43,615 nt of DNA, taken from assembly GCA_046758705.1 (NCBI GenBank), contig JBHIAT010000009.1:1-43615 (forward strand). Direction: 5' to 3'. The stretch is from Candidatus Bipolaricaulia bacterium (lineage in GTDB: Bacteria > Bipolaricaulota > Bipolaricaulia > JBHIAT01). The notes under the pieces are model-generated. The model did no database searches. It had not been told where the DNA came from and saw nothing but the letters and a program-made list of their open reading frames with translations. Numbering within the stretch: position 1 is the stretch's first letter; the number at the start of each line of letters is the position of its first letter. Both the position numbers and the translations under genes were made by a program. Positions 17,564 through 27,480 of this stretch are shown piece after piece.

Positions 17564-18366
17564 ATGGAGCGCAGATGCTCAACCGTGGCGTCGATATCTG
17601 CCAAACTGTTGACTTCGATGACTAACGGGAAGGCACACCGATACCTCACGTACTTGCGAAGAAACTCACCGAAGTCGATCGCGCCCCGATCGGTCGGTCG
17701 ATGTTCGTCGACTCGTCCCGAGTTGTTGTGGACATGGCACAACCCGATTCGCTCGTGAACCGTGAACGGATCGGCCGAACTCAGCCTCCGTCGGTTGAGC
17801 AAAAACAGATGGCCGACATCGTAGGTGTACCGGATGTTGTGATGCACGGTATAGTAAGGGTCTAACTCCTCCATCGTCATCGCGACCTGGCGGCGAGTAG
17901 AGCTGGGATCGCCGTTCTCAACACACAAGGTCAGATCAGAGAACTCCTCTGCTAGTGACTCGATCGTCTCTCGGGAAACGATCTGGGCCTCCTGCAGTCG
18001 ATCGGTCTCATCCCACCCCACCCAGCCGGTGTGAATCGCTACATGGATGGCACCGAGGCGCTCAGCCATCTCCAGGCAGCGTCGCGTGCGGTCGACCGCC
18101 TCGGCACGCTCGTCGGTGTCCAGTGCAGCCAGGTTGACTTGCCGGTAAGGGGCATGGAACGACAGGCCGATGCCATGCTGCTGTGCAAATGCTCGGGCTT
18201 CGTCCAGGTCAGAGCCCAAGAGCTTCAAGAACGAGTCCAACGGCTCGGCTTTGACCTCAACCCAGGTCAGCTCGCGCTCCCGGCAGAACCTCAGAAACTC
18301 TGAAACACTTCCCCGATAGATCGGGAACCGGGAGGCACCCAGTGGTAAACCTTGAGACATATCCAT
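17551..18366 (-). CDS. Sugar phosphate isomerase/epimerase (AP endonuclease 2 TIM-barrel) family
   Basis: SFHAPY, IHTG, CVEN, YDVGH, CHVHNNSGRVDEH, LVIE. Confidence 0.88.
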   Translation of the reverse strand: MDMSQGLPLGASRFPIYRGSVSEFLRFCRERELTWVEVKAEPLDSFLKLLGSDLDEARAFAQQHGIGLSFHAPYRQVNLAALDTDERAEAVDRTRRCLEMAERLGAIHVAIHTGWVGWDETDRLQEAQIVSRETIESLAEEFSDLTLCVENGDPSSTRRQVAMTMEELDPYYTVHHNIRYTYDVGHLFLLNRRRLSSADPFTVHERIGLCHVHNNSGRVDEHRPTDRGAIDFGEFLRKYVRYRCAFPLVIEVNSLADIDATVEHLRSIYLR

Positions 18367-18381
18367 ACGGTATTGACTCGG

Positions 18382-18410
18382 ATTGTATCATGACGAGTAT
18401 CTGCTGTCAA
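18382..18410 (-). promoter_or_regulatory. Putative sigma70 promoter
   Basis: TTGACA-17 nt-TACAAT with extended TG. Confidence 0.65.
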
Positions 18411-18435
18411 ACGAATGTTTGCGGTAATATCCACA

Positions 18436-19417
18436 TTAAGGAAGTAGGATCGTCAACCCCAGGAAGTCATGATCGCTGACTCGCCAGCTGGGATCGTCGA
18501 CAGCGGTCGCCGGGATCACGACCGGGGAGCCGGGCACGACCTCGACGTCGCGAACGAAGGCCCAATCGATCTTCTCCCCTCTCGGGGTGGTCGGGACCCG
18601 TATCGGATTTGCCCTCTCATATCGGAACCCCCACTCCAGGAGAAGTCCGAACAGTGGCTCCTCGGCAACCGGGTGGAGTGGATCGAACTTCTGCTGAACC
18701 TTATCAGAATCAGAGGCCGAGTCCGGGTCGGCACGACCCAACGTGTTGAAGTCGCCGCCGATGAGCGCCGGGCCTTCGATCGCCTCCAGTATCCGCTCTA
18801 TCTGGAATCGGCGCCCCTTAGGTGTGGTGAAGTTTTCCAGATGGACGGAGACGACCGTCAACGGTGTCCCGCTGAGCCGAGCAACGACTGCGATCCGTGA
18901 TCCGATACGCTTCTCTCTGTCGTGAAACCAATCGTAGAGGCGAGGCAGACGGACGATACGAATCTCTTCGAGCGGGAAGCGGGATAGGACGGTGTTCCCA
19001 TGGAGGCCAACCGAGTTTTCTCCCGGCAATCGTTGTTCCTGTTCATCGCCCAAAGATAGCTCGACGAACTCGACCCCGAACGCATAGTTCAACCCCAGGG
19101 CGTCGGCAAGCTCTCGGGGGACCGTGACGGTTTCCGGATCGGATCATCCCGATGTCGAGCTCCGAGGCGAGCAGCAGGTCTGGATGCCGCAGCTCAGGGA
19201 TCTCCCGGATCCGCGCAATGATCGCATCGAGATGGGTCCCGCGCATTGCATTGAAGACCACTACCTTGAGACGTCCTCCCGCGATCGGCTGATCTTGGGA
19301 CTCCAGGTACTCGTAATGGGTGAGCACCTCAGCGTCGATCTGTTCAGGATAGGTGGGAAAATCGGCCTGGGCGATCTCTTGAATCGGACTTGTATAGACG
19401 TAGGTATAAGCCTCCAT
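18436..19417 (-). pseudogene. Endonuclease/exonuclease/phosphatase (EEP) family gene split by a +1 frameshift near 19122 (or sequencing error)
   Basis: N-half LKVVVFNAMRG..ASELDIGMIRSGNRH; C-half NYAFGVEF..GNTVLSRFP..VHLE..GGDFN..IDW..SDH; removing one G restores NRHVPRELADALGLNYAFGVEF. Confidence 0.8.
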
Positions 19418-19571
19418 AATATTTTGTTCAGATCTATTGCTATATCACATGGTTAGCAGATTTGCTGAGCAGAGTCAATTAGGTAAAAAGAGAATACCCT
19501 CCAAATCGAGCAATCGATCCAGGCTGGTAGTGAGCTACCACGGGGAATGGGGGTCGTTGCGCTTCGTGCCC

Positions 19572-20735
19572 TCACGACTTGGGGATCTGCTTTTTCGGAT
19601 CGATGAACGGCTTTTTGACCACCGTGGCCGTGGTTTCGCCAGCAGGCGTCTCCACCGTCAGTGCGGTGCCGAGATCGGTATGCTCGATGGACACCATGGC
19701 ATAGCCGATGTTCTTCTCCAATCGCGGCGAATAACAGGCAGAGGTCACCCGTCCTATGTTTGTGCCGTCCCGGAAGACCGGCCAGAAATCCTCCATCGAG
19801 CCATCGGTGTACGCTCCTAGGGGATCGCCGTGAATTTCCACGCCGACCAGCTTTTGCTTTACTCCTTCCGCTTGGATCCGCTTGAGCGCCTCTTTCCCGA
19901 TGAAGTCGGCCTCTTGGTCTTTCACCATCCAACCTAGCCCGATCTCAAAAGGGGTATTCTCCAGCGTCATGTCGGCACCGTAAGCGAGGATGCCACCCTC
20001 TATCCGACGGATGTGTGACGGTCCGATGACAGCGATATCGTAAGGTCGGCCGGTCTCCAGCACCCTATCCCACAGCTTGACAGCGTCACGGCTGGCGTTA
20101 CGGAGGTAGATTTCATAGCCCACCTCCCCCGTATAGCCGGTGCGGGATACGATGACATCCATATCATCCAATTTGGCCTCGAACATGAAATAGTAAGACA
20201 GATCCAGAACACGATCGCCAAACAGCTCCTGCATGACCTGCTTCGACTTTGGCCCCTGGATCTGGACCGGTCCGACGCCAGGCTCCTGAATGTTCACGGT
20301 TAAGCCCGAATTGTAGGCCAAGCCCTTGGTCCACAGCAGCACGTCGCTGTCGGCCACCGACAACCAGAAGTGATTCTCGCCCAGCCGCAGCAACACCGGG
20401 TCGTTGATGATGCCGCCGTCTTCGGCGGTGATGAGCACGTACATACATTGCCCGACCCGGCAGTTGGTTAGGTCGCGCGGCGTGAGCATGTTGGTGAAAG
20501 TGAAGGCATCCGGGCCGGTGATTTCGACTTGCCGCTCCACCCCCACATCCCAGAGCGTGACATCGTTGAGCAGCTTCCAGTATTCCTTGACGGGATCGTC
20601 GTAGTATCTGGGATGATACATGTGGTTGTAGACGCTGTAAGCCTTGACCCCATGGCGTCGCGAGGCATAAAAGTAAGGAGACTTGCGAATCCGAGTATAG
20701 AACAGAATTTCGGGTGCATTATCAGCTTTGGTCAT
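19572..20735 (-). CDS. GcvT-fold THF-dependent demethylase, DmdA-like (copy 1)
   Basis: RIRKSPYF, YSVYNHMYHP, TLWDVGVERQVEITGPDA, NDPVLLRL, SRTGYTGEVGYEIY; ATG 20735 with GGAGG. Confidence 0.85.
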   Translation of the reverse strand: MTKADNAPEILFYTRIRKSPYFYASRRHGVKAYSVYNHMYHPRYYDDPVKEYWKLLNDVTLWDVGVERQVEITGPDAFTFTNMLTPRDLTNCRVGQCMYVLITAEDGGIINDPVLLRLGENHFWLSVADSDVLLWTKGLAYNSGLTVNIQEPGVGPVQIQGPKSKQVMQELFGDRVLDLSYYFMFEAKLDDMDVIVSRTGYTGEVGYEIYLRNASRDAVKLWDRVLETGRPYDIAVIGPSHIRRIEGGILAYGADMTLENTPFEIGLGWMVKDQEADFIGKEALKRIQAEGVKQKLVGVEIHGDPLGAYTDGSMEDFWPVFRDGTNIGRVTSACYSPRLEKNIGYAMVSIEHTDLGTALTVETPAGETTATVVKKPFIDPKKQIPKS

Positions 20736-20745
20736 GGCAACCTCC

Positions 20746-21750
20746 TTAGACACTTGCCTGAATTTCTGGTCTGTTAACCCGCTCTTTCTCTTTCTTGATC
20801 TCTTCGATCAGCGCCGGGACGACCTCGTGCAAATCACCAACGACGGCGTAGTCGGCGCGCGAGAAGAACGGCGCCTCCCGGTCCTTGTTAATCACCAGGA
20901 TCCGCTTCGCCCCCTTACAGCCGACCATGTGCTGGATGGCTCCGCTGATCCCGCAGGCGATGTAGAGATCGGGGGCGATCTGAACGCCCGTTTGTCCGAT
21001 CTGATCGGAGTGAGGCCGCCAGCCGTTGTTGGTGGCCACGCGCGAGCCGCCTACGGCTCCGCCCAAAAGATCGGCCAACGCTTCCAGGAGTTCAAATCCT
21101 TCGGGGCCACCAACGCCGCGCCCGCCGCCGATCACGACCCGGGAATCCCTCAGCGAGATCCCTTCCTCTACTGACTCGACTCGGTCCGTGATCCTGACAC
21201 GGAAATCCTTGTCCTTTAGGGAAGGGATGAACGCTTCAACGGCAAGTTTCCCTTCGGCGGGCGCCTCCTCGGCGGGGACCGCATGCGGGGCGACGGTGAG
21301 CAGCTTCGGATCTCCTTTGAGGACGGCCTCTTCCAAGAGGCTGCCACCCCAGCGCAACCGCGTAACCCGGTAGGGGTCGTCCAGCTGGACCTCCGTGCAG
21401 TTGGCGGCCATGGGAAGATCGGTTCGAGCTGCGACGTGCGCCAACACCTCGTTGCCCCGATCGGTCCCTGCGGCCATTACAGCTTGCGGGTTCGCCACTT
21501 CGATGAGCTGAACGATGCTGTTTGCCCAGGCCTCCGGCGCGTAATCGTCCAGGCGATCGTGCCGGGCGAGGTGGACCGTGGATACGCCGTACACCTTCAG
21601 CCCTTCGGCCAATACGCGTGCATCTTCACCAATCAGGATGGCCTCGAGAGAGGTATTCAGCTCGCTCGCCAAGCCGCGCGCGAACGTGAGCATCTCCAAT
21701 GACGCCTCGTTCAGCGTCCCTCGATCGTGTTCGATGAGCCCGAGCAGCAT
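20746..21750 (-). CDS. etfA: Electron transfer flavoprotein alpha subunit
   Basis: GGGRG, VGGSRVA, QIGQTG, YIACGISGAIQHMVG, INKDREAPFF. Confidence 0.95.
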   Translation of the reverse strand: MLLGLIEHDRGTLNEASLEMLTFARGLASELNTSLEAILIGEDARVLAEGLKVYGVSTVHLARHDRLDDYAPEAWANSIVQLIEVANPQAVMAAGTDRGNEVLAHVAARTDLPMAANCTEVQLDDPYRVTRLRWGGSLLEEAVLKGDPKLLTVAPHAVPAEEAPAEGKLAVEAFIPSLKDKDFRVRITDRVESVEEGISLRDSRVVIGGGRGVGGPEGFELLEALADLLGGAVGGSRVATNNGWRPHSDQIGQTGVQIAPDLYIACGISGAIQHMVGCKGAKRILVINKDREAPFFSRADYAVVGDLHEVVPALIEEIKKEKERVNRPEIQASV

Positions 21751-21753
21751 GGT

Positions 21754-22539
21754 TCAAAGCACCTCCAGCTCTCTGAGGACCTCAACGATCTTCGGCGCCG
21801 CCTGTGGACCTTCTCCGAGGATCTTCACTTGGCCGCCCCGTTCCTCCGGCTCCTTGAGCCTCACCTTCTCAAGCTCAAAGCCGCTCCCGGTCCGCTGCGG
21901 CTCGATCTTGATCCGATCGATCGGCTTCTTCTTGGCCGTGATCATGCCGCGCAGCGAAGCGCGCCGGGGCAAATTGATTCCCTCCTTGACGGTAAAGACC
22001 GCCGGAAGCGAGACCTCGAAGATCTCCCAACCGCCCGAGATCTCTCGCTTCGCGATCGCGGTGCCCTCCCTGATCTCCAGCCCCTTGATCCCGGTCACGC
22101 ACGGCAGATCAAGTGCTTCCGCCACCCGGACGCCTACTTGATAGTCGCCCGTGTCCGCCGCTTCATTGCCGAAAAGCAGGAGATTGAAACCTGATCCTTC
22201 GTCTTGCTGAGCGCGGACCGCCTCGACGATCGCCCGAGCGGTCGCGCTCGGATCCCACTCGTTTCTGTCCGTCTCTAAAAGGACCCCGCGATCCATGCCC
22301 CTGGCGATGGAGTCGCGCAGTTGCTCGACCGCTTCCTCGGGGCCCAGGGTTAGCACGGTTGAGCGGCCGCCATGCTCCCCGATCAGCTGGACCGCTTCTT
22401 CCACCGCGCACTCTTCGTGCGGGCTGATGGTGAACCCCAGGTTGCGCGTCTCGATTGCCTGTTCATCTTCGGTCAGCTCAATCTTTGCGCCGGTGTCCGG
22501 CACCCGCTTGATACAGACGAGCATGTTCATGGTTGCCAC
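21754..22539 (-). CDS. etfB: Electron transfer flavoprotein beta subunit
   Basis: VCIKRVPDT, AVEEAVQL, LFGNEAADTGDYQVG, INLPRRASLRGM; start GTG 22539 or ATG 22530. Confidence 0.95.
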   Translation of the reverse strand: MATMNMLVCIKRVPDTGAKIELTEDEQAIETRNLGFTISPHEECAVEEAVQLIGEHGGRSTVLTLGPEEAVEQLRDSIARGMDRGVLLETDRNEWDPSATARAIVEAVRAQQDEGSGFNLLLFGNEAADTGDYQVGVRVAEALDLPCVTGIKGLEIREGTAIAKREISGGWEIFEVSLPAVFTVKEGINLPRRASLRGMITAKKKPIDRIKIEPQRTGSGFELEKVRLKEPEERGGQVKILGEGPQAAPKIVEVLRELEVL

Positions 22540-22554
22540 CTGACCCCATTTGTG

Positions 22555-25071
22555 TTAGCGTTTCATCCTTTCGTTATCCGGATCGAACAGGGGCGTGCTT
22601 CCGACGATCTCGACGGTGGCCGGATACCGCTCTGCAAAGTACTCTACAAACAGCTTTGTTCCGACCTGTGCGTATTCAGGGGGGAGGTAACCGAGCAGGA
22701 TGTGCTTGCCCACCGAAGGTCCGGCACCTGCACTCGTCACATACGATCGCCTGCCGTTGCGATCCACGATCGACTCGCCGTCCGGGTTCAAGATCGGCTC
22801 ATGACCAAGCATATAGCGAGGTTCGCCGGAGGCAGATCGGTGATTGTCCACCGTGAGCGTGCACAGCAGGGCGGCCGGTTGTTCGTCTCGCGCCCGTAAA
22901 TACGCGTCCCTGCCGATAAAATCCTGGCGTTTGACCTTGGGACGGGCAATGCCGGCCTCAACGGGGTTGTACTCCGTCTCCAGTTCGTGCCCGTAGAGGC
23001 GATATCCTTTCTCAAGGCGTGCCGTGGTGCCGTACACGCCGATGCCGGCGGGCACCACACCGAACGGTTGACCGGCTTCCCATAGGATATCCCACAGGCG
23101 CTGTCCCTGCTCCATGGGCGCATAGAGTTCCCAGCCGAGCTCGCCCACATAAGAGATGCGCAGCGCCCACACCCTTATCTCTCCAATGGTGATGTCCTTG
23201 GCGATTGCGAAAGGGAAGGCCTCATTGGAAACGTCGTCGTCCGTGACCGATCCCACGAGATCACGCGCAGACGGCCCCCAAACCCCGACCGTACACAAGG
23301 CTGAGGTCACATCGTGGAGCTGCACCGAACCGTCGTCGGGAAGGTGGTCTTGAAACCATTTCTTATCTACATTTCCCAAGCCGCCCCCAGTGATCACACG
23401 GAAATCGTTCTCGCCACGCCGCATGATGGTCAAATCGGCCTCCATGCCGCCATGCTCATTCAGAAAGGGCGTATAAACCGCCTTCCCGACGGGGACGTCC
23501 ATGTTTGCCACCGCCATGTGCTGCAGGTAGTCCAACGCCCCGGGGCCGGACACATCGAACTTTGCAAACGCACTGATATCGATCATGGCCACCCGATCGC
23601 GCATGGCCAAGTGCTCGGCATTGATGATGGGCGACCACCATCGCGCGTCCCACTCGGCGGGGCGGTCGAGAACCCGGTCACCGTATTCTTCCAGCAACTT
23701 CTGATTCGATTCATACCAATGCGGCCGTTCCCAGCCTGCGGTTTCAAAGAAGACCGCGCCGAGTTCCTGCTCACGTGCGTAGAACGGGCTGAGCCGCACA
23801 TCGCGGGCAGACTCCCATTGTTCGGCAGGATGGACAGCGTCGTATGTTTTGTTGTATCCTTCGGTGGCGCGCGCGTTGATATACGTCTCGGTCCGGGCGT
23901 ACTCGTAGAAGCGCGCGATGTCCACCTCATGGGGGTCCAGTTCTGGAGCGCCGTCCGTCATCCATTCAGTGATCAGCCGTCCGAACCCGGCGGCCTCTTT
24001 GATCCAGATGGCGGCTGCCGACCACAAACCGCGCACCTCAGGCGTCTCCCCAAGCACCGGCGCGCCGTCAGGAGCCAGCGAGATCAGCCCGTTGACAGCA
24101 TGCTGGATGACCACATTCTCATCGTCCAGGAGGTCGGGCAGAAGCTGCAATGCATGTTCCATCTGCTCTTCAAAATCTTCTTGCGTAAACGGAAGCTCGG
24201 TGGGAGAGAGCTTTGCTTCCTCTATCGAGGGGATATCGTCGGGGGCGTGTAGGATCGGCCGATGCGCATATGAGCCAATTTCCATAGCACTCCCGTTCTG
24301 ACGCTCGTACATCAAGACACTCATGTCTCGTATAATGGGGTACTCAATTTCCGACTTTGTACCGGCAAACTGCTCGATGGGTCCAACGCTGATCATCTGG
24401 TGCACGACGGGTACCAGCGGTATAAACGCGCCCGCCATGCGCGCGATACGGGGGCTCCATACGCCGCATGCGATCACCACGGTCTCGGTGCGTATCTCTC
24501 CTCGATCCGTGTTTACCCCGTGTACGCGGCCGTTCTCCACATCGATTCCTGTGACCTCAGTATTGGCATGGACGCTGAGGGCATCCAACTCTTGGGCCGC
24601 TTCCCGCATCAGGGTCCCGGCCTGCAGCGGATCGACCACACTGACGTCGGGGCTCCACATGGCACCCAGAATCCGCTCGATGTTGACGAACGGTAATAGC
24701 TTTCTGACCTCCCGGGGCGTAATCAGCTCCGCCTCTTCTCCCCAGGATTTGGCTGACGCGATCCGGCGTTTGAGTTCCTGCATGCGCGTTTCGGTGCGCG
24801 CCAGCTCCACTCCTCCGCTCTCTCTATAAACACCTAACGCTTTATACTGCTCCATGCTGTCCCGTGTGAGCTTGGTCATCAACTTGGAGTGATCGATGGG
24901 GAAGATAAAGTTCGAGGCATGTCCCGTGGAACCGCCCGGGTTGGGAAGCGGTCCTTTATCTAACAGCACAATCTCTTTCCAGCCCTTCTTGGCAAGATGG
25001 TAGACCATACAATTCCCCATGATGCCCGCACCGATCACCACGACGTTTGCCTGCTTAGGCAATGTGCTCAT
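22555..25071 (-). CDS. Dimethylglycine oxidase/dehydrogenase-like flavoprotein (FAD domain plus GcvT domain)
   Basis: IGAGIMG, GGSTGHAS (covalent-FAD His position), GWERP, RISYVGELGWELY, RLEKGYR; GGAGG RBS. Confidence 0.9.
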   Translation of the reverse strand: MSTLPKQANVVVIGAGIMGNCMVYHLAKKGWKEIVLLDKGPLPNPGGSTGHASNFIFPIDHSKLMTKLTRDSMEQYKALGVYRESGGVELARTETRMQELKRRIASAKSWGEEAELITPREVRKLLPFVNIERILGAMWSPDVSVVDPLQAGTLMREAAQELDALSVHANTEVTGIDVENGRVHGVNTDRGEIRTETVVIACGVWSPRIARMAGAFIPLVPVVHQMISVGPIEQFAGTKSEIEYPIIRDMSVLMYERQNGSAMEIGSYAHRPILHAPDDIPSIEEAKLSPTELPFTQEDFEEQMEHALQLLPDLLDDENVVIQHAVNGLISLAPDGAPVLGETPEVRGLWSAAAIWIKEAAGFGRLITEWMTDGAPELDPHEVDIARFYEYARTETYINARATEGYNKTYDAVHPAEQWESARDVRLSPFYAREQELGAVFFETAGWERPHWYESNQKLLEEYGDRVLDRPAEWDARWWSPIINAEHLAMRDRVAMIDISAFAKFDVSGPGALDYLQHMAVANMDVPVGKAVYTPFLNEHGGMEADLTIMRRGENDFRVITGGGLGNVDKKWFQDHLPDDGSVQLHDVTSALCTVGVWGPSARDLVGSVTDDDVSNEAFPFAIAKDITIGEIRVWALRISYVGELGWELYAPMEQGQRLWDILWEAGQPFGVVPAGIGVYGTTARLEKGYRLYGHELETEYNPVEAGIARPKVKRQDFIGRDAYLRARDEQPAALLCTLTVDNHRSASGEPRYMLGHEPILNPDGESIVDRNGRRSYVTSAGAGPSVGKHILLGYLPPEYAQVGTKLFVEYFAERYPATVEIVGSTPLFDPDNERMKR

Positions 25072-25151
25072 TGCACACCTCCCTCTGTCTTTGGGTTGAC
25101 AAGGACAACAACAGAATAACTATACTATAAAATAGGATCAAGGAGGAAGAC

Positions 25152-26216
25152 ATGATCGATTGTGATGTCCACAACGACTGGCCGTCGGCCGAAGTGTTGC
25201 TCCCGTACATGGATCCTAACTTTCGCGACTATCTGCAGCGCGGGGAATTGCCCGGTCCGGACGGCTCATTCCCGCATGCGCACCGGCCGTGGCTCCATCC
25301 CGAAGGTTTTATGCGCACTGACGTGAGCGACGACCGACACCCCGGCGCCGATTACGACGCCATGCGGGAAAAACTGCTGGACCGTTACGACATCGATTAT
25401 GCGATTCTGACCAGCGAGGAGGCAATTGAAGTCTCGACGTTGGGGAACCCGTATTATGCTTCCGCGTTGGCGCGCGCCCACAACGACTGGATGATCGATA
25501 CCTGGCTGACCTGGGATCCTCGCCTCAAAGGTTCGATCGTCGTGGCCCCACAAGATCCGACCGGGGCCGCTGCGGAGATCCGGCGTGTCGGTTCCCATCC
25601 CGATGTCGTCCAGGTCTTGATCTCCAGTGGATCGCAGCGACCGTACGGCGATCCGTTCTATCACCCGATCTGGGAGGCGGCGGCCGAAATGGAGCTGGTC
25701 ATCGGTGCTCACCTCGGCGGGCAAGGGGGCGTCAACTTCAATCCCATTGGATGCGGACCGACGACGTTCTTCTGGGAGACCCATGCGCTGTTGTGCGAGA
25801 CGGGCATGGCCCATGTGGCGAGCTTGATCGCGCACGGCGTGTTTGAAAAATGGCCTGATCTTACCTTTGTGCTGATCGAGTGTGGCGTCGCCTGGCTGCC
25901 AGGGATCCTCTGGCGTCTGGATGCCGATTACAAGGCATTACGCAAGGAGACCCCGTGGCTGAAGAAGCTGCCCAGCGAGTACGCGCGCGACCACATCCGC
26001 TTATCCACCCAGCCGCTTGAGCAACCTCAAAACGTTGAGCAGCTGTGGGCCGTGCTGGAAGCCATAGACGGAAAGCACACGCTGTTGTTTGCGTCGGATT
26101 ATCCGCACTGGGATTTCGACGACCCGACCCGGCTGCGACTCCCATCGGATTGGAAAGAGGACATCTTTGACACCAACGCACGGAAGGTGTATCGTCTGCC
26201 CTCGGCAAATAACTGA
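25152..26216 (+). CDS. Amidohydrolase_2-fold metalloprotein, possibly an amidohydrolase-related dinuclear oxygenase
   Basis: IDCDVH, YHPIWEAA, GAHLGG, GVFEKWP, LIECG, FASDYPHWDFDDP; TGATG coupling to a Rieske gene. Confidence 0.8.
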   Translation: MIDCDVHNDWPSAEVLLPYMDPNFRDYLQRGELPGPDGSFPHAHRPWLHPEGFMRTDVSDDRHPGADYDAMREKLLDRYDIDYAILTSEEAIEVSTLGNPYYASALARAHNDWMIDTWLTWDPRLKGSIVVAPQDPTGAAAEIRRVGSHPDVVQVLISSGSQRPYGDPFYHPIWEAAAEMELVIGAHLGGQGGVNFNPIGCGPTTFFWETHALLCETGMAHVASLIAHGVFEKWPDLTFVLIECGVAWLPGILWRLDADYKALRKETPWLKKLPSEYARDHIRLSTQPLEQPQNVEQLWAVLEAIDGKHTLLFASDYPHWDFDDPTRLRLPSDWKEDIFDTNARKVYRLPSANN

Positions 26217-26617
26217 TGAAAGTGAAAGATCAAGAAGATAAACGAGGTAAACGAAAGAGGCCCACCCGATCCTTTGTCTGCAAGGCGACCGATCTCGCGC
26301 CCGGTGAACGCCTCATTCTCGAGGTGAATGGGCGTAGTATCGGCATCTTTAATGTGGAAGGGCGTTTCTTCGCGCTTCTAAATTACTGTCCGCACACAGG
26401 TGGAGCGTTGTGCCAGGGACCGCTCACCGGCACAGCGTTACCTACAGCGGACTACGAGTACGTGTACGGCCGCGAAGGGCGCATTTTACGTTGTGCCTGG
26501 CATGGCTGGGAGTTCGATATCGAGACCGGTCAGGCGCTGGCTGACCCTAGAATCAAAGCGCGGACGTATCAGGTTGTCGTCGAAGACAGCGACGTATTTG
26601 TTGACTTCAAAAACTAG
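26216..26617 (+). CDS. Rieske [2Fe-2S] ferredoxin
   Basis: NYCPHTG...RCAWHGWEFD (CxH...CxxH). Confidence 0.93.
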   Translation: MKVKDQEDKRGKRKRPTRSFVCKATDLAPGERLILEVNGRSIGIFNVEGRFFALLNYCPHTGGALCQGPLTGTALPTADYEYVYGREGRILRCAWHGWEFDIETGQALADPRIKARTYQVVVEDSDVFVDFKN

Positions 26618-26646
26618 TTGAAAACTTAGTCAACGTGTGTTATGAT
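26618..26646 (+). promoter_or_regulatory. sigma70 promoter of the gntR-dmdA-like-phn operon
   Basis: TTGAAA-17 nt-TATGAT with extended TG. Confidence 0.7.
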
Positions 26647-26655
26647 GCTTCTGTG

Positions 26656-26671
26656 ATTGGTATATACCAAT
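26656..26671. promoter_or_regulatory. GntR(HutC/PhnF)-type operator
   Basis: Perfect 16-bp palindrome ATTGGTATATACCAAT just downstream of the -10; half-site GTATACCA at 26681-26688. Confidence 0.8.
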
Positions 26672-26707
26672 AATCCATTCGTATACCATCTTGGATACCG
26701 AACCGCT

Positions 26708-27454
26708 ATGGATCGACTGATAGACCGTCTCACCACGGCTGTACCGATGTACGTCCAAATTGCCGACAGTTTGCGCGATCGGATTGAGTCGGGCGAGCTG
26801 GCGCCGGGCGATCGTTTGCCTTCAGAGCGAGAATTGAGCGAGATGCTGGGCGTCAATCGAATGACCCTGCGGCGAGCACTCGGCATGCTCGAGACGCAAG
26901 GGTTGCTGGTCCGCCGGCAGGGGGATGGCACCTACGTCGCCGAACCCAAGATTGAGCGGGAGGCCGGTCAGCTAGTTCCCTTCACCAAAGGGATGAAACG
27001 CCGGGGGTACATACCGGGCGCCACGGTGATCATGCTCGAACAACGGCCTGTCGAGGCCTCTGTCGCCCGCCATCTGAAATTGCCCGTTTCGTCACCGGTC
27101 TACTCCATTCATCGGCTGCGATTCATCAATCACGAGCCGGTGATGTTGGAAAGGTTCATGATCCCGGTCCATCGCTTTCCTGGATTTGAGAGTCACGATT
27201 TGGAGAAGCGCTCGGCGTATGAAATCATGGAAACGGAGTATGGGGTTTCCATCAGCCAGGCACGGCAGAGCCTGGAGCCGGTCATCGCCACGGAATACGA
27301 GGCCGAATGGCTGGGTATTGAACCGGGCGCGCCGCTCATGTTGGAGCGGCGTCTGGCCTTTGACCAGGACGATCAGCCTGTTGAATATGGCAAGGACCTG
27401 TATCGTGGCGACCGCTTTCGATTCGTTACCGAAATGGCTCCATTAGAGTTATAG
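26708..27454 (+). CDS. GntR family, HutC subfamily (wHTH plus UTRA) transcriptional regulator
   Basis: PMYVQIA..LPSERELSEMLGVNRMTLRRAL..GDGTYV; UTRA ending YRGDRFRF. Confidence 0.95.
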   Translation: MDRLIDRLTTAVPMYVQIADSLRDRIESGELAPGDRLPSERELSEMLGVNRMTLRRALGMLETQGLLVRRQGDGTYVAEPKIEREAGQLVPFTKGMKRRGYIPGATVIMLEQRPVEASVARHLKLPVSSPVYSIHRLRFINHEPVMLERFMIPVHRFPGFESHDLEKRSAYEIMETEYGVSISQARQSLEPVIATEYEAEWLGIEPGAPLMLERRLAFDQDDQPVEYGKDLYRGDRFRFVTEMAPLEL

Positions 27455-27480
27455 GACACTTCAATAGAAGGAGGCCTATC

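Noticed and set aside
19572-20735. Glycine cleavage T protein (gcvT) or true dmdA assignment
   Set aside because: No gcvH/gcvP or dmdBCD nearby; motifs are DmdA-like but substrate cannot be assigned from sequence
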